Positions 15,001-28,084 of a stretch of 64,000 nucleotides of DNA are shown in pieces. The stretch's first letter is position 1, and each line of letters begins with the position of its first letter. A program made the translations under genes and the position numbers. Origin of the DNA: Eledone cirrhosa. Its lineage: Eukaryota. The notes under the pieces are model-generated. The model had not been told where the DNA came from. It searched no databases and saw nothing but the letters and a program-made list of their open reading frames with translations. Where the stretch lies: NCBI GenBank assembly GCA_964016885.1, contig OZ024740.1, forward strand, positions 417,756,001-417,820,000. The letters are read 5' to 3'.

Positions 15001-18000
15001 CTCAGGAAAGAATGTTCGAATTGAGAGACGACAGCTCTGATATTACAGACATGTGACTAGAATGTCTCAGGAAAGAATCTCATAATTGACAGACCACAGC
15101 TCTGATATTACATACATGTGGTTAGAATGTCTCAGGAAGGAATCTCTGAATTGAGAGATCCCAGCTCTGATATTACAGACATGTGGTTAGAATGTCTCAG
15201 GAAAGTATCTCTGAATTGAGAGATCACAGCTCTGATATTACAGACATGTGGCTAGAATGTGTCATGAAAGAATCTCCGAATTGAGAGACCACAGCTCTGA
15301 TATTACAGACATGGGGCTAGAATATCTCAGGAAAGAATCTCTGAATTGAGAGATCACAGCTCTGATATTACAGGCATGGGGCTAGAATGTCTCAGGAAAG
15401 AATCTCCGAATTGAGAGACCACAGCTCTGATATTACAGACATGTGGATAGAATGTCTTAGGAAAGAATCTCCGAATTGAAAGACCACAGCTCTGATATTA
15501 CAGACATGTGGCTAGAATGTCTCAGGAAAGAATCTCCGAATTGAGAGACCATAGCTCTATTATTACAGACATGTGGCTAGAAAGTCTCAGGAAAGAATCT
15601 CTGAATTGAGAGATCCCAGCTCTGATATTACAGACATGTGGTTAGAATGTCTCAGGAAAGTATCTCTGAATTGAGAGATCACAGCTCTGATATTACAGAC
15701 ATGTGGCTAGAATGTCTCAGGAAAGAATCTCCGAATTGAGAGACCACAGCTCTCATATTACAGACATGTGGTTAGAATGTCTCAGGAAAGAATCTTCGAA
15801 TTGAGAGACCACAGCTCTGATATTACAGACATGTGGTTAGAATGTCTCAGGAAAGAATCTCTGAATTGAGAGACCACAGCTCTGATATTACAGACATGTG
15901 GTTAGAATGTCTCAGGAAAGTATCTCTGAATTGAGAGATCACAGCTCTGATATTACAGGCATGTGGCTAGAATGTCTCAGGAAAGAATCTCCGAATTGAG
16001 AGACCACAGCTCTGATATTACAGACATGTGGGTAGAATGTCTCAGGAAAGAATCTCTGAATTGAGAGACCACAGCTCTGATATTACAGACATCGGGATAG
16101 AATGTCTCAGGAAAGAATCTCCGAGTTGAGAGACCACAGCTCTGATATTACAGACATGGGGTTAGAATGTCTCAGGAAAGAATCTCCGAATTGAAAGACC
16201 ACAGCTCTGATATTACAGACATGTGGCTAGAATGTCTCAGGAAAGAATCTCCGAATTGAGAGACCACAGCTCTGATATTACAGACATGTGGGTAGAACGT
16301 CTCAGGAAAGAATCTCTGAATTGAGAGATCACAGCTCTGATATTACAGATATGTGACTAGAATGTCTCAGGAAAGAATCTCATAATTGACAGACCACAGC
16401 TCTGATATTACAGACATGTGGTTAGAATGTCTCAGGAAGGAATCTCTGAATTGAGAGATCACAGCTCTGATATTACAGACATGAGGTTAGAACGTCTCAG
16501 GAAAGAATCTCTGAATTGTGAGATCACAGCTCTGATATTACAGACATGTGGTTAGAATGTCTCAGGAAAGAGTCTCTGAATTGAGAGACCACAGCTCTGA
16601 TACTACAGACATGTGGTTAGAATGTCTCAGGAAAGAATCTCCGAATTGAGAGACCACAGCTCTGATATTACAGACATGTGTCTAGAATAGCTCAGGAAAG
16701 AATCTCTGAATTGAGAGATCACAGCTCTGATATTACAGACATGTGGTTAGAATGTCTCAGGAAAGAATCTCTGAATTGAGAGACCACAGCTCTGATATTA
16801 CAGACATGTGGCTAGAATGTCTCAGGAAAGAATGTTCGAATTGAGAGACCACAGCTCTGATATTACAGACATGTGACTAGAATGTCTCAGGAAAGAATCC
16901 CATAATTGACAGACCACAGCTCTGATATTACAGACATGTGGTTAGAATGTCTCAGGAAGGAATCTCTGAATTGAGAGATCACAGCTCTGATATTACAGAC
17001 ATGAGGTTAGAACGTCTCAGGAGAGAATCTCTGAATTGTGAGATCACAGCTCTGATACTACAGACATGTGGTTAGAATGTCTCAGGAAAGAGTGTCTGAA
17101 TTGAGAGACCACAGCTCTGTTATTACAGACATGAGGTTAGAACGTCTCAGGAAAGAATCTCTCAATTGTGAGATCACAGCTCTGATATTACAGGCATGTG
17201 GTTAGAATGTCTCAGGAAAGAGTCTCTGAATTGAGAGACCACAGCTCTGATACTACAGACATGTGGTTAGAATGTCTCAGGAAAGAATCCCTGAATTGAG
17301 AGACCACAGCTCTGATACTACAGACATGTGCTTAGAATGTCTCAGGAAAGAGTTTCTGAATTGAGAGACCACAGCTCCGATATTACAAACATGTGGCTAG
17401 AATGTCTCAGGAAAGAGTCTCTGAATTGAGAGACCACAGCTCTGATATTACAGACATGTGGTTAGAACGTCTCAGGAAAGAGTCTCTGAATTGAGAGACC
17501 ACAGCTCTGATGTTACAGACATGTGGTTAGAATGTCTCAGGAAAGAATCTCCGAATTGAGAGACCACAGCTCTGATATTACAGACATGTGGCTAGAATGT
17601 CTCATGAAAGAATCTCCTAATTGAGAGACCACAGCTCTGATATTACAGACATGGGGCTAGAATATCTCAGGAAAGAATCTCTGAATTGAGAGATCACAGC
17701 TCTGATATTACAGGCATGGGGCTAGAATGTCTCAGGAAAGAATCTCCGAATTGAGAGACCACAGCTCTGATATTACAGACATGTAGCTAGAATATCTCAG
17801 GAAAGAATCTCCGAATTGAGAGACCACAGCTCTGATATTACAGACATGTGGGTAGAACGTCTCAGGAAAGAATCTCTGAATTGAGAGATCACAGCTCTGA
17901 TATTACAGACATGTGACTAGAATGTCTCAGGAAAGAATCTCATAATTGACAGACCACAGCTCTGATATTACAGACATGTGGTTAGAATGTCTCAGGAAGG

Positions 18001-21000
18001 AATCTCTGAATTGAGAGATCACAGCTCTGATATTACAGACATGAGGTTAGAACGTCTCAGGAAAGAATCTCTGAATTGTGAGATCACAGCTCTGATATTA
18101 CAGACATGTGGTTAGAATGTCTCAGGAAAGAGTCTCTGAATTGAGAGACCACAGCTCTGATACTACAGACATGTGGTTAGAATGTCTCAGGAAAGAATCT
18201 CCGAATTGAGAGACCACAGCTCTGATATTACAGACATGTGTCTAGAATAGCTCAGGAAAGAATCTCTGAATTGAGAGATCACAGCTCTGATATTACAGAC
18301 ATGTGGTTAGAATGTCTCAGGAAAGAATCTCTGAATTGAGAGACCACAGCTCTGATATTACAGACATGTGGCTAGAATGTCTCAGGAAAGAATGTTCGAA
18401 TTGAGAGACCACAGCTCTGATATTACAGACATGTGACTAGAATGTCTCAGGAAAGAATCTCATAATTGACAGACCACAGCTCTGATATTACAGACATGTG
18501 GTTAGAATGTCTCAGGAAGGAATCTCTGAATTGAGAGATCACAGCTCTGATATTACAGACATGAGGTTAGAACGTCTCAGGAAAGAATCTCTGAATTGTG
18601 AGATCACAGCTCTGATACTACAGACATGTGGTTAGAATGTCTCAGGAAAGAGTGTCTGAATTGAGAGACCACAGCTCTGATATTACAGACATGTGGTTAG
18701 AATGTCTCAGGAAAGAATCTTCGAATTGAGAGACCACAGCTCTGATATTACAGACATGTGGTTAGAATGTCTCAGGAAAGAATCTCTGAATTGAGAGACC
18801 ACAGCTCTGATATTACAGACATGTGGTTAGAATGTCACAGGAAAGAGTCTCTGAATTGAGAGACCACAGCTCCGATATTACAAACATGTGGCTAGAATGT
18901 CTCAGGAAAGAATCTCCGAATTGAGAGACCACAGCTCTGATATTACAGACATGTGGCTAGAATGTCTCAGCAAAGAACCTCTGAATTGAGAGATCACAGC
19001 TCTGATATTACAGGCATGTGGCTAGAATGTCTCAGGAAAGAATCTCCGAATTGAGAGACCACAGCTCTGATATTACAGACATGTGGGTAGAATGTCTCAG
19101 GAAAGAATCTCTGAATTGAGAGACCACAGCTCTGATATTACAGACATCGGGATAGAATGTCTCAGGAAAGAATCTCCGAGTTGAGAGACCACAGCTCTGA
19201 TATTACAGACATGGGGTTAGAATGTCTCAGGAAAGAATCTCCGAATTGAAAGACCACAGCTCTGATATTACAGACATGTGGCTAGAATGTCTCAGGAAAG
19301 AATCTCCGAATTGAGAGACCACAGCTCTGATATTACAGACATGTGGGTAGAACGTCTCAGGAAAGAATCTCTGAATTGAGAGATCACAGCTCTGATATTA
19401 CAGATATGTGACTAGAATGTCTCAGGAAAGAATCTCATAATTGACAGACCACAGCTCTGATATTACAGACATGTGGTTAGAATGTCTCAGGAAGGAATCT
19501 CTGAATTGAGAGATCACAGCTCTGATATTACAGACATGAGGTTAGAACGTCTCAGGAAAGAATCTCTGAATTGTGAGATCACAGCTCTGATATTACAGAC
19601 ATGTGGTTAGAATGTCTCAGGAAAGAGTCTCTGAATTGAGAGACCACAGCTCTGATACTACAGACATGTGGTTAGAATGTCTCAGGAAAGAATCTCCGAA
19701 TTGAGAGACCACAGCTCTGATATTACAGACATGTGTCTAGAATAGCTCAGGAAAGAATCTCTGAATTGAGAGATCACAGCTCTGATATTACAGACATGTG
19801 GTTAGAATGTCTCAGGAAAGAATCTCTGAATTGAGAGACCACAGCTCTGATATTACAGACATGTGGCTAGAATGTCTCAGGAAAGAATGTTCGAATTGAG
19901 AGACCACAGCTCTGATATTACAGACATGTGACTAGAATGTCTCAGGAAAGAATCTCATAATTGACAGACCACAGCTCTGATATTACAGACATGTGGTTAG
20001 AATGTCTCAGGAAGGAATCTCTGAATTGAGAGATCACAGCTCTGATATTACAGACATGAGGTTAGAACGTCTCAGGAGAGAATCTCTGAATTGTGAGATC
20101 ACAGCTCTGATACTACAGACATGTGGTTAGAATGTCTCAGGAAAGAGTGTCTGAATTGAGAGACCACAGCTCTGTTATTACAGACATGAGGTTAGAACGT
20201 CTCAGGAAAGAATCTCTCAATTGTGAGATCACAGCTCTGATATTACAGGCATGTGGTTAGAATGTCTCAGGAAAGAGTCTCTGAATTGAGAGACCACAGC
20301 TCTGATACTACAGACATGTGGTTAGAATGTCTCAGGAAAGAATCCCTGAATTGAGAGACCACAGCTCTGATACTACAGACATGTGCTTAGAATGTCTCAG
20401 GAAAGAGTTTCTGAATTGAGAGACCACAGCTCCGATATTACAAACATGTGACTAGAATGTCTCAGGAAAGAGTCTCTGAATTGAGAGACCACAGCTCTGA
20501 TATTACAGACATGTGGTTAGAACGTCTCAGGAAAGAGTCTCTGAATTGAGAGACCACAGCTCTGATGTTACAGACATGTGGTTAGAATGTCTCAGGAAAG
20601 AATCTCCGAATTGAGAGACCACAGCTCTGATATTACAGACATGTGGCTAGAATGTCTCATGAAAGAATCTCCTAATTGAGAGACCACAGCTCTGATATTA
20701 CAGACATGGGGCTAGAATATCTCAGGAAAGAATCTCTGAATTGAGAGATCACAGCTCTGATATTACAGGCATGGGGCTAGAATGTCTCAGGAAAGAATCT
20801 CCGAATTGAGAGACCACAGCTCTGATATTACAGACATGTGGCTAGAATATCTCAGGAAAGAATCTCCGAATTGAGAGACCACAGCTCTGATATTACAGAC
20901 ATGTGGGTAGAACGTCTCAGGAAAGAATCTCTGAATTGAGAGATCACAGCTCTGATATTACAGACATGTGACTAGAATGTCTCAGGAAAGAATCTCATAA

Positions 21001-23488
21001 TTGACAGACCACAGCTCTGATATTACAGACATGTGGTTAGAATGTCTCAGGAAGGAATCTCTGAATTGAGAGATCACAGCTCTGATATTACAGACATGAG
21101 GTTAGAACGTCTCAGGAAAGAATCTCTGAATTGTGAGATCACAGCTCTGATATTACAGACATGTGGTTAGAATGTCTCAGGAAAGAGTCTCTGAATTGAG
21201 AGACCACAGCTCTGATACTACAGACATGTGGTTAGAATGTCTCAGGAAAGAATCTCCGAATTGAGAGACCACAGCTCTGATATTACAGACATGTGTCTAG
21301 AATAGCTCAGGAAAGAATCTCTGAATTGAGAGATCACAGCTCTGATATTACAGACATGTGGTTAGAATGTCTCAGGAAAGAATCTCTGAATTGAGAGACC
21401 ACAGCTCTGATATTACAGACATGTGGCTAGAATGTCTCAGGAAAGAATGTTCGAATTGAGAGACCACAGCTCTGATATTACAGACATGTGACTAGAATGT
21501 CTCAGGAAAGAATCTCATAATTGACAGACCACAGCTCTGATATTACAGACATGTGGTTAGAATGTCTCAGGAAGGAATCTCTGAATTGAGAGATCACAGC
21601 TCTGATATTACAGACATGAGGTTAGAACGTCTCAGGAAAGAATCTCTGAATTGTGAGATCACAGCTCTGATACTACAGACATGTGGTTAGAATGTCTCAG
21701 GAAAGAGTGTCTGAATTGAGAGACCACAGCTCTGATATTACAGACATGAGGTTAGAACGTCTCAGGAAAGAATCTCTCAATTGTGAGATCACAGCTCTGA
21801 TATTACAGGCATGTGGTTAGAATGTCTCAGGAAAGAGTCTCTGAATTGAGAGACCACAGCTCTGATACTACAGACATGTGGTTAGAATGTCTCAGGAAAG
21901 AATCCCTGAATTGAGAGACCACAGCTCTGATACTACAGACATGTGGTTAGAATGTCTCAGGAAAGAGTCTCTGAATTGAGAGACCACAGCTCCGATATTA
22001 CAAACATGTGGCTAGAATGTCTCAGGAAAGAGTCTCTGAATTGAGAGACCACAGCTCTGATATTACAGACATGTGGTTAGAACGTCTCAGGAAAGAGTCT
22101 CTGAATTGAGAGACCACAGCTCTGATGTTACAGACATGTGGTTAGAATGTCTCAGGAAAGAATCTCCGAATTGAGAGACCACAGCTCTGATATTACAGAC
22201 ATGTGGCTAGAATGTCTCATGAAAGAATCTCCTAATTGAGAGACCACAGCTCTGATATTACAGACATGGGGCTAGAATATCTCAGGAAAGAATCTCTGAA
22301 TTGAGAGATCACAGCTCTGATATTACAGGCATGGGGCTAGAATGTCTCAGGAAAGAATCTCCGAATTGAGAGACCACAGCTCTGATATTACAGACATGTG
22401 GATAGAATGTCTTAGGAAAGAATCTCCGAATTGAAAGACCACAGCTCTGATATTACAGACATGTGGCTAGAATGTCTCAGGAAAGAATCTCCGAATTGAG
22501 AGACCATAGCTCTATTATTACAGACATGTGGCTAGAAAGTCTCAGGAAAGAATCTCTGAATTGAGAGATCCCAGCTCTGATATTACAGACATGTGGTTAG
22601 AATGTCTCAGGAAAGTATCTCTGAATTGAGAGATCACAGCTCTGATATTACAGACATGTGGCTAGAATGTCTCAGGAAAGAATCTCCGAATTGAGAGACC
22701 ACAGCTCTGATATTACAGACATGTGGTTAGAATGTCTCAGGAAAGAATCTTCGAATTGAGAGACCACAGCTCTGATATTACAGACATGTGGTTAGAATGT
22801 CTCAGGAAAGAATCTCTGAATTGAGAGACCACAGCTCGGATATTACAGACATGTGGTTAGAATGTCACAGGAAAGAGTCTCTGAATTGAGAGACCACAGC
22901 TCCGATATTACAAACATGTGGCTAGAATGTCTCAGGAAAGAATCTCCGAATTGAGAGACCACAGCTCTGATATTACAGACATGTGGCTAGAATGTCTCAG
23001 GAAAGAATCTCTGAATTGAGAGATCACAGCTCTGATATTACAGGCATGTGGCTAGAATGTCTCAGGAAAGAATCTCCGAATTGAGAGACCACAGCTCTGA
23101 TATTACAGACATGTGGCTGGAATGTCTCAGGAAAGAATCTCCGAATTGAAAGACCACAGCTCTGATATTACAGACATGTGGCTAGAACGTCTCAGGAAAG
23201 AATCTCCGAATTGAGAGATCACAGCTCTGATATTACAGACATGTGGTTAGAATGTCTCAGGAAAGAATCTCTGAATTGAGAGACCACAGCTCTGATACTA
23301 CAGACATGTGGTTAGAATGTCTCAGGAAAGAATCTCTGAATTGAGAGACCACAGCTCTGATACTACAGACATGTGGCTAGAATATCTCAGGAAAGAGTCT
23401 CTGAATTGAGAGATCACAGCTCTGATATTACAGACATGTGGTTAGAATGTCTCAGGAAAGAGTCTCTGAATTGAGCGTTCACAGCTCC
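1..23488 (+). repeat. 65-bp tandem satellite (~360 monomers, open at the left window edge), derived from an RTE LINE coding fragment
   Basis: Consensus GAATTGAGAGACCACAGCTCTGATATTACAGACATGTGGYTAGAATGTCTCAGGAAAGAATCTCY recurs with period 65 (1, 66, 131, 196...). It ends abruptly at about 23488. Confidence 0.98.
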
Positions 23489-23999
23489 AAACTGTGGGGC
23501 TTGTATGGCCCATTGAATTACTGGTACAGTCCATCCGATGGGCTTCCAAACAGTTTCCGTCTCCTCAATATCACTAACCAGGCATGAATAGACATGAGGC
23601 TATGGTAAATGACATCTGTTCATGATTCCACGTAGTGGGATCGAATCCTGGCCCTAATGATTGACCCTTGGCCACTCGGTTTTTAAGTACTTATTAATAC
23701 ACAACACTTCTTCAACAAACCACAATAGTTTTTGACGTCACAATTACCATTATTACTATTCACTATTTCTATCAGCTACAGCGATCAAAAGATTTTATAA
23801 AAGACAGGTCAAAGCCGGGTCACAATCTCACTTGATAGGACAGCTGGTGCTAGTTCCCGTATAGCACTTGTGAAATACAGAAGTGAGCTTTTAGTTTTTA
23901 AATTCTTCACCATTTTGTGATAAAATACCTGCAGGAAAGAAAGGTAGATAGAAGCATTCAAACTAAAATTTATTGAAGTTGCCTTGAAAACAAATAAAG

Positions 24000-24215
24000 G
24001 TTCTGATTTAGGCACAAGGCCAGCAATATGAAGGAAAAGGGGAAAATCGATTAAATCGACCCCAGTGTGTTACTGGTACTTTATTTTATCGACCCCATAA
24101 GGATGAAAGGCAAAGATAATCTCGGCAGATTTGAAATCAGAACTTAAAGGGACGTAACTATATGCTGCAAAGCATGTTGTCTGATGCTCTACCGACACTG
24201 CCAATCCACCATCAC
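24000..24215 (-). mobile_element. SINE with MetaSINE-like central domain (octopus OK-like)
   Basis: Reverse complement of GGATTGGCAG...TCAAAT...TTTGCCTTTCATCCTTAYGGGGTCGATAAAATAAAGTACCAGT...GGCCTTGTGCC. About 9 copies in the window. Confidence 0.85.
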
Positions 24216-24625
24216 CCGGTATATTTCAGTTGTGCCCCGCGGACAAAATGGCATTGCCGCAGAGAACAGCCAGTGATACCCACTACTTCAGCTAATGTGT
24301 TGCAACTAAAGCATTTTGTATTTCGGAGTAACTTGTGAGAGACAGTTCGAAAGATATTGAGAAAGGTTCAGACAGTTCGAAATATATTGAGCAAACTTGA
24401 GACAGTCCAAAATGCGCTGTCTTACGTGTTTAGCCTTTGTAAGCTTGAAAGTGACCTCAAAATAAAAAATGTGTGCCTCGTGTTGCCACCCGAATCTATC
24501 AACAGGGTGGGGGTTTTGATTTTTAAGGCCCCGTGCTGGCCTGATGCATAAAGTTTAGAAACTGATATTATCAAATCAACCGAAAAATATAGAATTTGGA
24601 ATGTATTGGATGGTATAACATAACA

Positions 24626-24790
24626 AAGAAGAAGAAGAAGAAGAAGAAGAAGAAGAAGAAGAAGAAGAAGAAGAAGAAGAAAAAGAAAAAGAAAAAGAAG
24701 AAGAAGAAGAAGAAGAAGAAGAAGAAGAAGAAGAAGAAAAAGAAGAAGAAGAAGAAGAAGAAGAAGAAGAAGAAGAAGAAGAAGAAGAAA
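24626..24790 (+). repeat. (GAA)n trinucleotide microsatellite
   Basis: About 55 GAA units with a few AAA variants. Confidence 0.98.
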
Positions 24791-25259
24791 GACTTAAATA
24801 ATTATTGCAACTTCAGACTAACGTATTGCAGACAAAGAAGTGGAAAAGATCTTAAAATATATTGAATAAAAAAAAAAGTATTTAGATGAAGAAGGTAGAG
24901 GTGGGGGTGGGGTGTCCAGCAGCAAAAGTGAAAGCCATGTTGGTTACTATCGGTGCATTAGGTTCAATCCTCTTGCCAACACCGAAAAAGTGAACTACCA
25001 TACCATCTGGAATGGCTGGCCTTCACAACAGACATACACAGGTTCCAAAAATCTTTCCAACTCGGAACAGCTCATATTCTTAGAAAAGTACGTTCTGTTT
25101 AGTGCAGATTGTTATGGCTTGACAGCCAGCTTGGAAAATAGGAACAAATACTTGATCCTCCTCATATATATATATATATATATACAGATATATATATATA
25201 TATATATCTGTATATATATATATATATATCTGTTTATATATATATATATTATATATATA

Positions 25260-25769
<510 letters not shown>

Positions 25770-25800
25770 TATATATACAGATATATATATATATATATAC

Positions 25801-25889
<89 letters not shown>

Positions 25890-25984
25890 AAGGGAACGGA
25901 TGAAAAACCCCAAAGCACGAACTTCATCGGTTCCCATGTCGATTCAATTTGGATTGCCTCGGAAACAACCTTATTATGTAACAA

Positions 25985-26058
25985 GCTGTCTGATGATGAC
26001 ACGACACTCGCACACAGAACAGTGTAGCCAGTGTCGTCATTGAAATATATATCACAGC
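25985..26058 (+). ncRNA. Type-I hammerhead ribozyme
   Basis: GCTGT-CTGATGA-helix II (ACGACACT/AGTGTCGT)-GAAA-TATATA-TC-ACAGC. Helix I is GCTGT/ACAGC, helix III is palindromic, and the cleavage triplet is AUC. Confidence 0.85.
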
Positions 26059-26106
26059 ATTATTATTAAAGGACTTGAACATCTGAAACTACTTCACTTT
26101 TCCTTA

Positions 26107-26225
<119 letters not shown>

Positions 26226-26230
26226 ATATA

Positions 26231-26442
<212 letters not shown>

Positions 26443-26504
26443 TATATATATATATAGCAGAGAGAGAGAGAATAAAAATAGCAGCTTTTTTCGAAACTTT
26501 ATTT

Positions 26505-26590
26505 CATATTACAATTGTTTTTATATCGATCAGCTCGAGTTTGATCTTGCGATCGGATCCCGACTCTTAATCGACACTTCTTCAGATATG
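26505..26590 (-). ncRNA. Type-I hammerhead ribozyme, one core mismatch
   Basis: Minus strand: CATAT-CTGAAGA-long helix II (GTGTCGAT/ATCGATAT)-AAAA (for GAAA)-CAATTG-TA-ATATG. Confidence 0.7.
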
Positions 26591-26594
26591 AGAG

Positions 26595-26634
<40 letters not shown>

Positions 26635-26834
26635 TATGTGTAGTTCAAAAGGAGGTAAAGTTCTTTAGAAATCAAAGGTTATAGAAAAAAAGTAAGAATG
26701 GAAACATGATGGAAATATATTTAAAGAATCTTTTTTTCTTTAATATAAGAAAGTGGAAAAAAGGAGAAAACATTTTTTTAAAAAAGAAGTGTTTTATAAA
26801 ATATTACCTATCTCGATGTAATTCATCTTATTAA

Positions 26835-27045
26835 ATATTGGTTTCTTATATAGGCACAAGGCCAGCAATTATGGGGGAGGGGGAAGTTGATTAAATCGAC
26901 CTCAGTGCGTGACTGGTACTTTATTTTATCGACCCCGTAAGGATGAAAGGCAAAGTTAACCTCGGCGGAATTTGAACTCAGATCATAAAGGGCCATAACT
27001 CTATGTTGCAAAGCATGGCGTCCGACCCTCTACCGATACTGCCAA
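26835..27045 (-). mobile_element. MetaSINE-like SINE
   Basis: Same family as 24000-24215. Confidence 0.85.
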
Positions 27046-27279
27046 ATATTAAATATTAAAATTAAAATTGAAAAATTGAAAATTAAAGGCTGAAGGTCTG
27101 TTCATATTTCGTGTTGTGAGAATGACTGAATCACCTTAGAGAAATACCAAACATTGCTTGAAGCAGCTCGTGGTATTTACTTATTGTATGTATGTATGTT
27201 TTTTTTTGTTGTTGTTATTATTATTATTATCTTTTTTTTTGTTGTTGTTATTATTATTATTATTATCTTTTTTTTTGTG

Positions 27280-27908
27280 GAGCGAGAGATTCCTATTCTT
27301 TATAGGACATCTCTCTAGGAGAAGGTCACTCTGATATAAAACCTGCGACTTCGTTTGCATCCAATGATGTAGACCAGTTCTTCTTTTAGGTAAATGCATT
27401 CGATGTTCAGAGAGTGGGATTGTGCGTGTGTGTGACAGCTCACACCTATGTGTGTGTGTGTGTGACAGCTCACACCTATGCAGGTTTAGCTGGCCTCCTC
27501 CAAGGTATATCTCGTTGGAGGTGTCATGGATGTTTTAATGATAGGGACGCCAGTCCTATCATCTCATTTCTACAGCTGAGTAAACTGGAGCAACGTCAAA
27601 TAAAGTGCCTTGCTCAAGGAAACAACACATCACCCGGTCCGAGTATTGAACTCACAACCTTTCAATTGCAAGCCCAATGCTCTAACCACTAAGCCATGCA
27701 CCTCCAGAGAGTGGGATTGGCCCTGTGCAAAGCCTTTCCTCATTTAAAAATCCTTCAAGCACAGACATCGCTTGGTATGTGACATTTTTTACGATGCTTG
27801 GTATTGCTGGCCATAGGCAAGTCCTTAGCAGGACTAGAATTCCAAATCCGTGATGCTCATGCTTAAGTATCAAGCGATGAAATTACAAAATCAAGTTGCA
27901 GCCATTAT
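27280..27908. mobile_element. Diverged copy of the ~610-bp (TATG)n-associated element, interrupted by a SINE
   Basis: Shares CTAGGAGAAGG..ACTCTGATATAA..CCTGC, CCAATGATGT.GAC..GTTCTTCTTTT.GGTAAAT, AGAGAGTGGGA.TGGC and a terminal GCAGCCA with 30971-31577. Confidence 0.7.
27422..27704 (-). mobile_element. tRNA-derived CORE-SINE with 14-bp target-site duplication
   Basis: Minus-strand head GGAGGTGCATGGCTTAGTGGTTAGAGC (A box) and GTTCAATAC (B box), plus a CORE-like CCTTGAGCAAGGCACTT...CTCAGCTG. TSD CAGAGAGTGGGATT at 27408-27421 and 27705-27718. Confidence 0.88.
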
Positions 27909-28084
27909 CATGTATGTATGTATGTATGTATGTATGTTTTCTCTTTCTCTTAATTTCGAGTATATTTTTTTTGACCGGCCACCTTCCTGGTGGCAAGGTT
28001 GTAAAAGAAAAGAAATTGTCATGTATGTATGTATGTATGTATGTATGTATGTATGTATGTATGTATGTATGTATGTATGTATGT

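Noticed and set aside
1-23488. CRISPR array or repeat-protein gene
   Set aside because: Monomers are contiguous with no unique spacers, the 65-bp period is not a multiple of 3, and stops are frequent.
24596-24865. Poly-lysine ORF
   Set aside because: Translation of a (GAA)n microsatellite.
27640-27704. tRNA genes at SINE heads
   Set aside because: A/B boxes are present but continue into CORE-SINE bodies, here with a TSD; no complete cloverleaf.
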